NCBI GenBank assembly: GCA_012798435.1
Contig: JAAZNF010000003.1
Coordinates: 2,154 to 66,153, forward strand
DNA: 64,000 bases
Reading direction: 5' to 3'
From: Myxococcales bacterium
GTDB lineage: Bacteria; Myxococcota; B64-G9
Positions 51,729 to 61,141 of this stretch are shown here, piece after piece. The notes under the pieces were generated by a model. It did not search any database and was not told the origin of the DNA. It was given only the letters and a program-made list of their open reading frames with translations. Position numbers and translations under genes: made by a program. Numbering within the stretch: position 1 is the first letter of the stretch; each line of letters starts with the position of its first letter.

Positions 51729-54143
51729 TCAGGGCGCGGCCGCCTCGGTGAACACGAAGGACTTCACCAGCTCGACCAGGTTGGCAATGTTCTTTCCGCT
51801 GCCGAAGCGCACCAGATCGGCGTAGCTCGCGCCATCCACCAGCTTGATGCTGACGAAGTTGGCGTCACCCGCGCGGTCGCCGGCGGCCGGCGCCGCGGGC
51901 AACACGATCTCGGTGTTCGAGGCCGGGACCATGTAGTTCCAGTTCTTGCCATCATCCGAGAAGATGGCCTGCAGGTAGTCCATTCCCTGCGGCAGGTTGG
52001 CCCAGGTGAGCTTGCGCTCGCCGGCGTTCCAGGTGGCCACCGGCGGCGCCGGGAAGGCGTCCAGGTTGATGGTGCTGGTGGTGTTGAACTTGTTGTCGTC
52101 GAAGAAGATCACCTGCCCGGCCAGTTTGGTGCCCGAGCTCTCGCCGGTGATGCCGCCCGCCAGGGCGGAGACGTTCAGCGCCAGCGCCACGGCCACGCGC
52201 TTCACCTGGCCCTCGGGGATGCGGCCGGCCACGTCGGAGACCGACACCGAGATGAGGTCGTTGATCTTGCCGTCGGGCGGGTCGTCCTTGTTCTTGGAAT
52301 CCATGCCCACCGACAGCCCCAGCGGCACCAGCCCGGCGTCCTTCACGATCACGCCGGCCAGGATCACCACCGCATCGTAGGCGTACTTGTCGTCGGCGCC
52401 CTTGACGAAGTCGGCGGCCTTGAAGTTCATCACCTGGTCCATCTTGATGTTGAGCGTCATCTTGCCGCCGGTGGCGATGGACGGGAAGTTGTCGTAGTCC
52501 GCTACCAGGTCCGGGCACTTGCGGGTCTTGCCCGAGGGCAGCGTCTTGCAGGTGAGTTCCTTCGGGTCGCAGTACTGGCCGTCCGGGCAGGCCGCGGCGC
52601 AGTTGCCGCAGTGCTTGGTGCCGTCGTCGCCGTCGTTGTCGTTGATGTCGTTCCAGTCGATGACCTTGTCCTTGAGCTCCACCGGGACATTGGGCACCAG
52701 ACCGGTGTAGAAGTCCGCGAACAGGGGCAGGATGCTGGCGAGCAGCGCGCCCACGTCGATATCTCCGCCGCCGCCCGAGATGATGGGCCCGAGGGTGGAG
52801 ATCAGCGTGTTGAGGTCGAGCTTGCCGCCCAGGCCCCAGGCCACGCGCTTTCCGGGGACGCCGGTCGGCGAGAAGAACTGGCGGAACCAGGTCTGGTTGA
52901 GTCCCAGCACCAGGCCGGCGGGCAACGCCTGGTCGATCTTGTTGGAGCCCAGCTCGATGTGGGTCATCACCATGTCGCCCAGGATGAGGTCGAAGTTGAG
53001 GTTGATGAGGTTGCCAGGGATGCTGGTCCCGGCCAGGCCGAGCTTCACCTCGCAGGTGTGCGGCGGCACGCACTTGATCTGGTTGTAGTCGAACTCGCCG
53101 CGGTAACCGCCCGCCTTGTCGCTGGGGAACAGCTTGCCCATGTGGATCAGCACGTTGTTGGTGGTGACGTTCTCGGCGGTGACGTAGTTGTAGTCGTCCT
53201 TGCTCACGGTGATGGCCAGCGGGTTGGTCCCCGAGGCCTCTACCGCCACGTCGGCGATGCCCTGCGCGTCGGTGACGACCGGCGCCTCGGCGCCCACCAC
53301 CACGCTGGCGCCCGCAACCGGCGTGTTGAACAGCTCGTCGATCACCACCACCCGGGTGTGCCCCTGGGTGACCGCGCCGTAGTTGCTCACCGCGCCGGTG
53401 CACTTGGTGGTGCAGCCGGCCACGGTGGCGGTGATGGTGGCGGCGCCCGACTGGGCTCCGCCGGTCACCAGGCCGTTCGCGTCCACCGAGGCGACGGCGT
53501 TGTTGTCGGAACCCCACTGGAAGGTCACGCCGGGGGCCAGCGCACCCGAGGTCAGGAAGGCCGTGGCCGAGAAGGCGGCGGTGGCGCCCTCCTGGGTGAC
53601 GGCCTTCTCCGGCACCACCGCGCAGGAGGCGATCATGTCGCAGTCGGCCGGGGTGACGCAGTTGCCGTTGTAGCACACCGTGCCGCCGGCGCAGTTGCCG
53701 TCGCGGGTGCAGTGCTTGTAGTCGCACACGCCGTCGGTGCACTTGAGGTTGGCCTTGAACAGCTCGTCCGGGTGCGCCGTGGCGCAGCTGGCGTCGTCGG
53801 TGCAGGGATCGACGCAGGTGCTGGTGAACGGATCGCAGGCCAGGTTGCCGCAGCAGCCCACCGGGTTGGCGGCGCAGGAGGAGCCCTTCTGGATGCAGGT
53901 GCACTCGCAGGCGTAGTTGGCGTTGCAGCGCATCTGGCTGGCCTCGGTGCAGCCGTCCTTGGGCACGCAGTCGGCGGCCACGCAGCACTCGTGGCATTGC
54001 TTGTCGGAGCAGTACTTGGGCAAGGCGGGGTCGGTGCACTTGTCGGTGCTACCGCCGCCGCCGCCGCAGGCAGGCACGGTGAGGGCCAGGCCCAGACCGG
54101 CGACCGCCATGGCAACCAACACCAGGACAAACGCTTTTCTCAT
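51729..54143 (-). CDS. Secreted cysteine-rich lipoprotein with large beta-rich C-terminal region.
   Basis: ATG 54143 with GGAG 8 nt upstream; signal/lipobox LALTVPACGGGGG; ~40 Cys in the first 200 aa; terminator downstream. Confidence 0.6.
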   Translation of the reverse strand: MRKAFVLVLVAMAVAGLGLALTVPACGGGGGSTDKCTDPALPKYCSDKQCHECCVAADCVPKDGCTEASQMRCNANYACECTCIQKGSSCAANPVGCCGNLACDPFTSTCVDPCTDDASCATAHPDELFKANLKCTDGVCDYKHCTRDGNCAGGTVCYNGNCVTPADCDMIASCAVVPEKAVTQEGATAAFSATAFLTSGALAPGVTFQWGSDNNAVASVDANGLVTGGAQSGAATITATVAGCTTKCTGAVSNYGAVTQGHTRVVVIDELFNTPVAGASVVVGAEAPVVTDAQGIADVAVEASGTNPLAITVSKDDYNYVTAENVTTNNVLIHMGKLFPSDKAGGYRGEFDYNQIKCVPPHTCEVKLGLAGTSIPGNLINLNFDLILGDMVMTHIELGSNKIDQALPAGLVLGLNQTWFRQFFSPTGVPGKRVAWGLGGKLDLNTLISTLGPIISGGGGDIDVGALLASILPLFADFYTGLVPNVPVELKDKVIDWNDINDNDGDDGTKHCGNCAAACPDGQYCDPKELTCKTLPSGKTRKCPDLVADYDNFPSIATGGKMTLNIKMDQVMNFKAADFVKGADDKYAYDAVVILAGVIVKDAGLVPLGLSVGMDSKNKDDPPDGKINDLISVSVSDVAGRIPEGQVKRVAVALALNVSALAGGITGESSGTKLAGQVIFFDDNKFNTTSTINLDAFPAPPVATWNAGERKLTWANLPQGMDYLQAIFSDDGKNWNYMVPASNTEIVLPAAPAAGDRAGDANFVSIKLVDGASYADLVRFGSGKNIANLVELVKSFVFTEAAAP

Positions 54144-54351
54144 CTGCTCTTCTCCTTTGTTAGGTAGATCTTGCAAACCCCAGTAAAACTCGCGACCTCC
54201 TCCGTACCGGCCTCTATTCCTACGACCAGGCCCCGCCGGATGTCAAGGCTTCGAGATCACCCCTCGACCGGCGCGGAATTCGCAAAAGCGGCGTTTCCGG
54301 CTATAATGACATTGTTCGTTGACTGACGCTTTCGGGCCCAAGGAGCCTCCC

Positions 54352-57300
54352 ATGAACGGAAGACGAGCCTTGTGGATCGCAATCGCTGCCACCGCACTCG
54401 CTGGAGCCGTGGGGTGCTCGGACAGCACCACCCCTGCCGACGGCAACAACCTGTGCTCGCGGGACGAGGAGTGTCCCATCGGCCAATACTGCGACGACGG
54501 GCTGTGCACCCCGGCCACCATCACCTGCCAGAACCCCAGCGACTGCCCGGAGGGGATGGTGTGCCGGCATGGCGCCTGCGTGGCGGCGGGCAACGATGGC
54601 GGCACGGACGGCGACGGCGGCGCGGACGGAGCGGACGGCGGGGACCAGGGCGGCCCGGAGCCGGACATCGAGATCGTGGAGCCGGCCGGGACCGGCGACC
54701 CGCCCGTGTACCAGATCGATTTCGGCAACGTCCAGGTGGGCGTGACCGCTTCGCAGCAGGTGAAGGTGCGCAACCGCGGCCAGGCCGAGCTGCGCCTGCT
54801 AGAGCTCAATCTGGAGGCCGGCGGCAACACCACCGAGTTCTCCGTGGCCAGCGAGACGCAAGGAAGGCTCCCCATCGCGCTTTCCCCGGGCCAGGAGACC
54901 CAGCTCGATGTGCTGTACCGCGCCCAGGACGGCCTGAGCGACACCGGCATCCTGGATATCATCTCGAACGACCCGGATCAGCCGCTGGTGAAAATCCACC
55001 TGCTGTCGGAGTTCAAGGGCGTGGCCCAGATCTCGGTCCAGCCGGTGACGCTGGCCTTCGGCGACGTGCCGGTGGGAGCGTCCTCCGCTCCGCTGGCCTT
55101 CACCGCGGCCAACACCGGCAGCGGCAACGCGGTGCTGTCGGTGTCGTCCATCGCCCTGGAGAACCCCGCCGACCAGGACTTCTCGCTGGCGGTCGAGGAC
55201 TCGGGCGGCGGCGCCCTCTCGGCTCCGTTCTTCCTCAACCACAACGACTTCGCCACCGTGCGCGTCACCTATCACCCCCAGCGGGCCGAATCCGACAGCG
55301 AGGGCGTCATCGTCGCATCCAATGACGCGCTGAACCCCTCGGCGCGGGTCGCCCTCTCCGGCACGGGCGTGGTCGCCGGCGTGGAGGTCCAGCCCAGCCC
55401 CATCGATCTGGGCCGGGTGCGGGTGGGCCAGCACGGCGAGCGGGAGGCGGTGATCCGCAACAGTGGCGGGGCCGATCTCTTGCTCTCAGGAGTGAGCCTC
55501 AGCGCGGGCGGGCCGGAGTGGTCGCTCTCGAGTCCCGACGTGGATCTCGCCACGCTCCCCGCCTCTCCCAAGCGGCTGCTGCCCGGCGAGTCCATCCGCG
55601 TCGTGGTCGGTTGCGATCCGTTGGCGCTCGGCGCCAAGACCGCCACCCTGACCATCGAGAACCAGAACGGCCAGCCCGCGCGCGACGTGAGCGCGCAGGC
55701 GCTGGCGTACGTTCCGCCCCATGTAGAGACCATCCCCGATCCGGCGCAGTTCGACTTCGGCGCGGTGCAGCTCGACGCCGCGACGTCGCAGGCGGACCAG
55801 CGCAGCGCCCTTCTGCGCATCCGCAACACAGGCAACGATCCGCTGCACATCACCCGGGTGGCGCGCGCCACCGGCACCTCGGCGGAGTTCGACTTCAGCC
55901 CCGCCTCCTTCGGCGCCGCGATCGGGCCGGGCGAGGAGGCGCAGCTTACGGTGAGCTTCCGTCCGGCCGCGACCGGCCAAAAGAACGGCGTGATCCTGGT
56001 CGACACCGACGACCCGGACATCGAGCTCGACTCGGTCGTCGGGCGTTTTGCCGTGGTCCTGGCCGGGCGTGGCGTGGATCCGGCGCTTTCCGTCGAGCCG
56101 GCCTCCATCGCCTTCGGCGACGTCACCATCGGCGGCACCGCCACGCGCACCATCACCATCCGCGACCTCTCGGCCGACCCGCTGACCGTCACCGGCATCC
56201 GCTTCGGCTCGGGAAGCTCCAGCGACTTCGCCCTGGAAAACCTCCCGGCGAACTTCCCGGTGGTGCTTTCGGGGCCGGCGGTGCCCCTCACCATCACGGT
56301 GCGCTACAGCCCGCCGGCGGCGGGTGATGATATCGGATCCGTGGAGGTCCTCTCGGACGACCTCGGGATGCCCCTGGCCACGGTTTCGCTTTCGGGCCGC
56401 GGCGCCGGTTGTCCGAGCGGGTTCGGCGACTGCGACGGCAATATCCCCGGCTGCGAGACCCCGCTCAACACCAACCAGAACTGCGGCGGCTGCGGTGTCC
56501 CCTGCGCTCCGGCCAACGCGAACGGCGACTGCAGCACCGGCACCTGCCAGGTGGCCTCTTGCATCGGTTTGTGGGCCGACTGCAACGGCCAACCCGGTGA
56601 CGGCTGCGAGACCCCGACCAACACCAACCAGAACTGCGGCGGCTGTAGCGTCGCCTGCGCCCCGGCCAACGCGACCGGCGATTGCAGCACCGGCACCTGC
56701 CAGGTGGCTTCTTGCATCGGCCTGTGGGGCAACTGCAACGGCCAACCCGGTGATGGATGCGAGACACCGACCAACACGACCACCAACTGCGGCGGCTGCG
56801 GTGTCCAGTGCGCCCCGGCCCACGCCACCGGCACCTGCTCCACGGGCACCTGCCAGGTGGCATCCTGCAACTTCCAGTACTGCAACGCGAACGGCTCTGT
56901 CGGCGACGGTTGCGAGTTCAACCTCGACACCAACCCCTCGTGCGGAAGCTACACCGACATCGGCGCGGTCCAGGGGGACCAGGGGGCGGACATCCTGCAC
57001 AACTACGGCACCGGCGAGAAGTGGCTGCGGCTGTGGGTGGCCGAGGCCAACAGCGACTTGAGCTGCGTGTACTTGAGCGCGGTGCTGCGGCTGTACCCGC
57101 CTGCCAACACCGACTATGATCTCTACGTCTACTGCGACAACTGCACCACCCAGGCCGGCTCCTCCAGCAACGGCGGCTCCACCATGGAGGAAGTCCAGAT
57201 CGCCTGGGACGAGGACTACACCATCAACTGGCCCACCTGCGTGCCCTCCGGCTCGGAATCCGGCCGTTATGTATACATCAACATTCGGTATTACTCGGCC

Positions 57301-57375
57301 AACATCTGCGACCAGTGGCACCTGGCGGTGTACGGAAACGTCGAGGTCAGTAGCCGCACCTGCTCGCGAAAGTAG
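54352..57375 (+). CDS. Lipoprotein with multiple choice-of-anchor-D-like (DUF1573/ASH-type) beta-sandwich domains and C-terminal Cys-rich DGCE tandem modules.
   Basis: ATG 54352 with AGGAG upstream; lipobox ALAGAVGC; repeated F..V.VG......V.V.N.G...L.I pattern about five times; three 51-aa CGGCG..CAPANA.GDCSTGTCQVASC...CNGQPGDGCET units. Confidence 0.7.
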   Translation: MNGRRALWIAIAATALAGAVGCSDSTTPADGNNLCSRDEECPIGQYCDDGLCTPATITCQNPSDCPEGMVCRHGACVAAGNDGGTDGDGGADGADGGDQGGPEPDIEIVEPAGTGDPPVYQIDFGNVQVGVTASQQVKVRNRGQAELRLLELNLEAGGNTTEFSVASETQGRLPIALSPGQETQLDVLYRAQDGLSDTGILDIISNDPDQPLVKIHLLSEFKGVAQISVQPVTLAFGDVPVGASSAPLAFTAANTGSGNAVLSVSSIALENPADQDFSLAVEDSGGGALSAPFFLNHNDFATVRVTYHPQRAESDSEGVIVASNDALNPSARVALSGTGVVAGVEVQPSPIDLGRVRVGQHGEREAVIRNSGGADLLLSGVSLSAGGPEWSLSSPDVDLATLPASPKRLLPGESIRVVVGCDPLALGAKTATLTIENQNGQPARDVSAQALAYVPPHVETIPDPAQFDFGAVQLDAATSQADQRSALLRIRNTGNDPLHITRVARATGTSAEFDFSPASFGAAIGPGEEAQLTVSFRPAATGQKNGVILVDTDDPDIELDSVVGRFAVVLAGRGVDPALSVEPASIAFGDVTIGGTATRTITIRDLSADPLTVTGIRFGSGSSSDFALENLPANFPVVLSGPAVPLTITVRYSPPAAGDDIGSVEVLSDDLGMPLATVSLSGRGAGCPSGFGDCDGNIPGCETPLNTNQNCGGCGVPCAPANANGDCSTGTCQVASCIGLWADCNGQPGDGCETPTNTNQNCGGCSVACAPANATGDCSTGTCQVASCIGLWGNCNGQPGDGCETPTNTTTNCGGCGVQCAPAHATGTCSTGTCQVASCNFQYCNANGSVGDGCEFNLDTNPSCGSYTDIGAVQGDQGADILHNYGTGEKWLRLWVAEANSDLSCVYLSAVLRLYPPANTDYDLYVYCDNCTTQAGSSSNGGSTMEEVQIAWDEDYTINWPTCVPSGSESGRYVYINIRYYSANICDQWHLAVYGNVEVSSRTCSRK
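56450..56910 (+). repeat. Coding tandem repeat, 153-bp unit x3 (third copy degenerate).
   Basis: tgcgagacccc...aaccagaactgcggcggctg...ggcacctgccaggtggc.tcttgcatcgg.ttgtggg recurs at 153-bp spacing. Confidence 0.6.
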
Positions 57376-57381
57376 CGCCTC

Positions 57382-59259
57382 TCACCCCGGCCGCGACTGG
57401 ATGCCGTCCAGGGTGGCCACCATGTCCGCTCCGATCTCGGCCGCGTTGGCCTCGTCGGTGTCGATGTGCATCTCCAGCCGGTAGCTGTCCTTCACCCGGA
57501 TGAGCACGTCCCCGAAGGTGAGCGAGCGCGGGCCCTCGATGCGCACCCGCACCACGTCGCGATCGCGAAGGCCCAGCTCCTCGGCCTCGGCCGGGCTCAT
57601 GTGGATGTGACGCCGGGCGCAGATCACGCCCTGGCGTAGCGGGAGCGAGGCGGCCGGCCCCACCAGGGTGATCCCCGGCGTGCCGTCCAGATCGCCCGAG
57701 TCCCGGATGGGGGCGTCGATGCCCAACTTGAACTCCTCGGTGCGCGAGATCTCCACCTGGCTCGCCTTGCGCTCCGGGCCCAGCACCCGCACCCGCTCCA
57801 CCTTGCCACGCGGGCCGACCAGGTCCACCGCCTCCTCGCAGGCGAACTCGCCCGACTGGTACAGCGGCGCCTTCTGCGTCAAGCGGTGGCCAGGGCCGAA
57901 CAGCACCTCGACGTGCTCGCGGGTGAGGTGCACGTGGTGCGCCGACACCCCGATGGGGATGGGCCGCTGCCGCCCCGAGCGCAGGCGCTGGTCGATGTCC
58001 TCGCGCCCCAGCGCGCGCACCGTCTCGCGCGCCAGCATGCGCGCCTCGTCGGGCCGGACCACCAGCACCCGCACGCGCGAGGCCTCGTGGTCCAGCGACG
58101 CCACCTCCTGGCCGTCGGAAAGCCCGCGGGCGTTCGCGGTCGCGTCCAGCACGATCCCCAGGTGCCCCAGCCCCTGACAGATGCGGGTGCGGATGCCCGG
58201 CTCGGTCGAGCCCGCCCCGCCGGTGAAGACCAACGCGTCGCACCCGCCCAGGGTGGCCACCATGGCCCCGACGGCCTTTCGCAGCCGGTGGCAGTACACC
58301 TGCACCGCGAGCTGCGCCCCCTCGTGACCCCGCTCCGCCGCCTCCAGGACGTCCTGGATGTCGCCGGCCACCCCCGAAAGCCCCGAGAGTCCACTCTGCT
58401 CGCCGACCAGGCGCGCCGCCGAGGCCGGGTCCAGGCCTTCTTCCCGCATCAGGTACAAGAGCGCCCCGGGGTCCAGGTCGCCTGAGCGCACCGCCATGGG
58501 CGGGCCCTCGAAGGGCGTGAGCCCCATGCTGGTGTCCACCGGCCGCCCGTGGTCGATGGCCGCGAGCGAGGTGCCGTTGCCGAGGTGGACCGTCACCACC
58601 TTGAGCCACTCGGACGGCCGCTCGAGGTAGGCCGCCGCCTGGAAGAGCGCGAACTTGTGGGACAGCCCGAAGAACCCCAGCCGCCGCACCCCGCGCTCGC
58701 GAAAGTAGCGCATGGGCAAGGCGTAGAGCTGCGCGACCTGCGGCAGGTTGGCGAAGTAGGCCGTGTCGAACACCGCCACGTGCGGCACGCCCGGCAGGCG
58801 CTCGCGAGCGAGGTCCAGCGCCAGCAGCCGCGCCTGGTGCTCTCCGGCGTCGAAGCCCGCGCGCCCGATCTCGGTCCGCACCTCGTCGTCCACCACCACC
58901 GCGCTGCCATAGCGCGCCGAGCCGTACAGGACCTGGTGCCCGACCGCCGACAGCGCGGATAGATCCACTCCGGCGCCACCGGGCCCCGAAAGAAAATGGA
59001 GCGCCTGCTCCAGGGCCTGGCGGTGATCGCGGACGGCGCACGGCTCCTTGCGCTCGAAGTCTGGCCCGCGAAGTCGGTGGCTCCCCTGCGGCAGGCCGAT
59101 CCCCCGCACCTCGCCGCTCAAGCGATGGGCGGGATCGGCGGTGTCGATCCAGTCGTAGCGCAGGGCCAGCGAGCGCGGGTTGAAGAGGAGCAGCCGCAGG
59201 GACTTTCCGCGCGCGATGTCCTTGACCTGGTAGCGATCAGATTCGATCTTCTGGGTCAT
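57382..59259 (-). CDS. Acetate/propionate kinase fused to a C-terminal PduL-type phosphate acyltransferase domain.
   Basis: AckA motifs (VFDTAYFANLP, HLGNGTSLAAIDHGRPVDTSMGLTP, VFTGGAG); C-terminal PduL signatures (IGVSAHHVHL..., ICARRHIHMSPAEAE). Confidence 0.7.
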   Translation of the reverse strand: MTQKIESDRYQVKDIARGKSLRLLLFNPRSLALRYDWIDTADPAHRLSGEVRGIGLPQGSHRLRGPDFERKEPCAVRDHRQALEQALHFLSGPGGAGVDLSALSAVGHQVLYGSARYGSAVVVDDEVRTEIGRAGFDAGEHQARLLALDLARERLPGVPHVAVFDTAYFANLPQVAQLYALPMRYFRERGVRRLGFFGLSHKFALFQAAAYLERPSEWLKVVTVHLGNGTSLAAIDHGRPVDTSMGLTPFEGPPMAVRSGDLDPGALLYLMREEGLDPASAARLVGEQSGLSGLSGVAGDIQDVLEAAERGHEGAQLAVQVYCHRLRKAVGAMVATLGGCDALVFTGGAGSTEPGIRTRICQGLGHLGIVLDATANARGLSDGQEVASLDHEASRVRVLVVRPDEARMLARETVRALGREDIDQRLRSGRQRPIPIGVSAHHVHLTREHVEVLFGPGHRLTQKAPLYQSGEFACEEAVDLVGPRGKVERVRVLGPERKASQVEISRTEEFKLGIDAPIRDSGDLDGTPGITLVGPAASLPLRQGVICARRHIHMSPAEAEELGLRDRDVVRVRIEGPRSLTFGDVLIRVKDSYRLEMHIDTDEANAAEIGADMVATLDGIQSRPG

Positions 59260-59280
59260 GTCGCCTCCCGCGTCACTATA

Positions 59281-59970
59281 TCACTGGCTTGCAGCGAGAT
59301 CCGCCTCGGCGGTGATGGAGCGGAGCCGCGCCGTAAGCTCTCCGGCCAGGCGCACGAGCTCCTCGCGACTGGCCGTCCGTGGCACCCGCATGGGTTCGCC
59401 ATACACCACCACCGCCCGCGCGAACGGCGCCGGGATGCGGAACCGGTCCCAGGCCCGGCGCAGGACGCCGCAACGCGAATAGCCGATGGTGATGGGAACC
59501 ACCGGGCAATGCAAGCGCGAGGCCAGCGCCAGGATTCCCGGCTTGGCCTCCTCCGCCGGGCCGCGAGGCCCGTCCACCGCCAGCCCCACCGACACCCCGG
59601 CGCGCAGGCGCTCGGCGAGGCCGCGCAGGGCCTGGAGCCCTCCCCGCGAGCTGGAGCCGCGCACCACCGTGAGCCCGAAGCGCCGGCACACCACCGCCTG
59701 CAGCGCCCCGTCCCGGCTGAGGCTGGCCATGACCGCGAGATGCTTCTCCGGGTTGGCTCGAAACAGGCCGAGTTGCCGTCCGTGCCAGAAGGCGTATAGC
59801 AGGGGCTGTCCCCCCTCCCCTTCCTCTCGCGCCCGCGCCAGTCGCTCGGGGTGCAGGACCCTCAGGCGCAGCGTGGCCAGCAGCAGGCGAGCGATGGCAA
59901 AGGCGAGCAGCGCGAGCAGGCGCCGCCCCCATCCGGCGCGGGCCGAGGCTGGCGGCGACGGTTCAGCCAT
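59281..59970 (-). CDS. DUF374-family (lysophospholipid acyltransferase-associated) protein.
   Basis: LLYAFWHGRQL motif; N-terminal TM helix. Confidence 0.6.
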   Translation of the reverse strand: MAEPSPPASARAGWGRRLLALLAFAIARLLLATLRLRVLHPERLARAREEGEGGQPLLYAFWHGRQLGLFRANPEKHLAVMASLSRDGALQAVVCRRFGLTVVRGSSSRGGLQALRGLAERLRAGVSVGLAVDGPRGPAEEAKPGILALASRLHCPVVPITIGYSRCGVLRRAWDRFRIPAPFARAVVVYGEPMRVPRTASREELVRLAGELTARLRSITAEADLAASQ

Positions 59971-61141
59971 GGCGGCCCAGGAAGGATTGCATCCGGTCCA
60001 TGCCTTCCTGGATGTTGGCGAGCGAGTTGCAGTACGAGATACGGATGAATCCCTCGCCGCCCGGCCCGAAGTCGGTCCCCGGCGTCACCGCCACCCCTGC
60101 CTCCTCGAGGAGCTGGAAGGCGAAGCGGTACACGTCGTCGGTGTAGCGGCGCACGTTGACGAACACGTAGAAGGCCCCGGTCGGCTCGACCAGCGGCGAA
60201 AGACCCATCTCGGCCAGGCGCGAGAGGATGAGCCTGCGACGCTCGTCGTAACATTGGCGCATGCGCTCGACGTCGGGCCCCGCCTGGCGCAGCGCCACCA
60301 CCGCCGCCAGCTGCGCGAAGTCGGGGGCCGAGATGAACAGGTTCTGCTGCAGCTTCTGCACCGGCCGCACCAGCGGCGGCGGCAGCACCAGGTAGCCCAG
60401 GCGCCAGCCGGTCATGGCGAAGAGCTTGGAGAAGCTGTTCACCACCACGGCGTCGGGGCAGACCTCGAGGATGGAGGCTGCCTCGGTGCCGTAGGTCAGG
60501 CCATGGTACACCTCGTCCGAGACGATCGCCGCCTTGCCGCACACCGCCTCGGCCAGCTCCTCCAGACGGCGCTTGCCGGTGATGATGCCGGTGGGGTTCG
60601 CGGGCGAGTTGATGACGAGCGCGCGGGTACGCGGCGAGAGCCGCGCGCGGACCGCCTGCGGGTCGAGCTGGAAACCGTCCTCCTCGCGCACCGGCAGGCG
60701 CACCGCCACGCCACCGAAGGCCTGGATGAAGTTGGGATAGCAGGCGTAGTGGGGATCCGACAGGAGGGCCTCGTCTCCAGGGTCGAGCAGGGCCCCGAAG
60801 GCCAGCAGCATTCCGCCGGAACTGCCCACGGTGACCACCACTCGCTCCGGCGCCACGGAGACGCGGTGGCGCGCGGAGAGCCACTCGGCGATGGCCGCAC
60901 GGAGCTCGGGGTGGCCGAGCGAGTGGGTATAGTGGGTATGCCCGTCGCGCATGGCCCGCTCGGCCGCCTCGCGCACCACCGCCGGCGTGTCGAAGTCCGG
61001 CTCGCCCACCTCCAGGTGGACGATGGAGCGGCCCTGGGCGGACAGAGCCGCCGCGCGCTCGAGAACCTCCATCACCAGAAACGGCGACATGCGCTGCGCC
61101 CGCTGGCTCACTGGGATCGGTTTGTCTCGCGGTTCACTCAT
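59963..61141 (-). CDS. Pyridoxal-phosphate-dependent aminotransferase, class I (aspartate aminotransferase family).
   Basis: EPDFDTP, NSPANPTG, SFSKLFAMTGWRLGY (PLP-binding Lys region). Confidence 0.8.
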   Translation of the reverse strand: MSEPRDKPIPVSQRAQRMSPFLVMEVLERAAALSAQGRSIVHLEVGEPDFDTPAVVREAAERAMRDGHTHYTHSLGHPELRAAIAEWLSARHRVSVAPERVVVTVGSSGGMLLAFGALLDPGDEALLSDPHYACYPNFIQAFGGVAVRLPVREEDGFQLDPQAVRARLSPRTRALVINSPANPTGIITGKRRLEELAEAVCGKAAIVSDEVYHGLTYGTEAASILEVCPDAVVVNSFSKLFAMTGWRLGYLVLPPPLVRPVQKLQQNLFISAPDFAQLAAVVALRQAGPDVERMRQCYDERRRLILSRLAEMGLSPLVEPTGAFYVFVNVRRYTDDVYRFAFQLLEEAGVAVTPGTDFGPGGEGFIRISYCNSLANIQEGMDRMQSFLGRHG

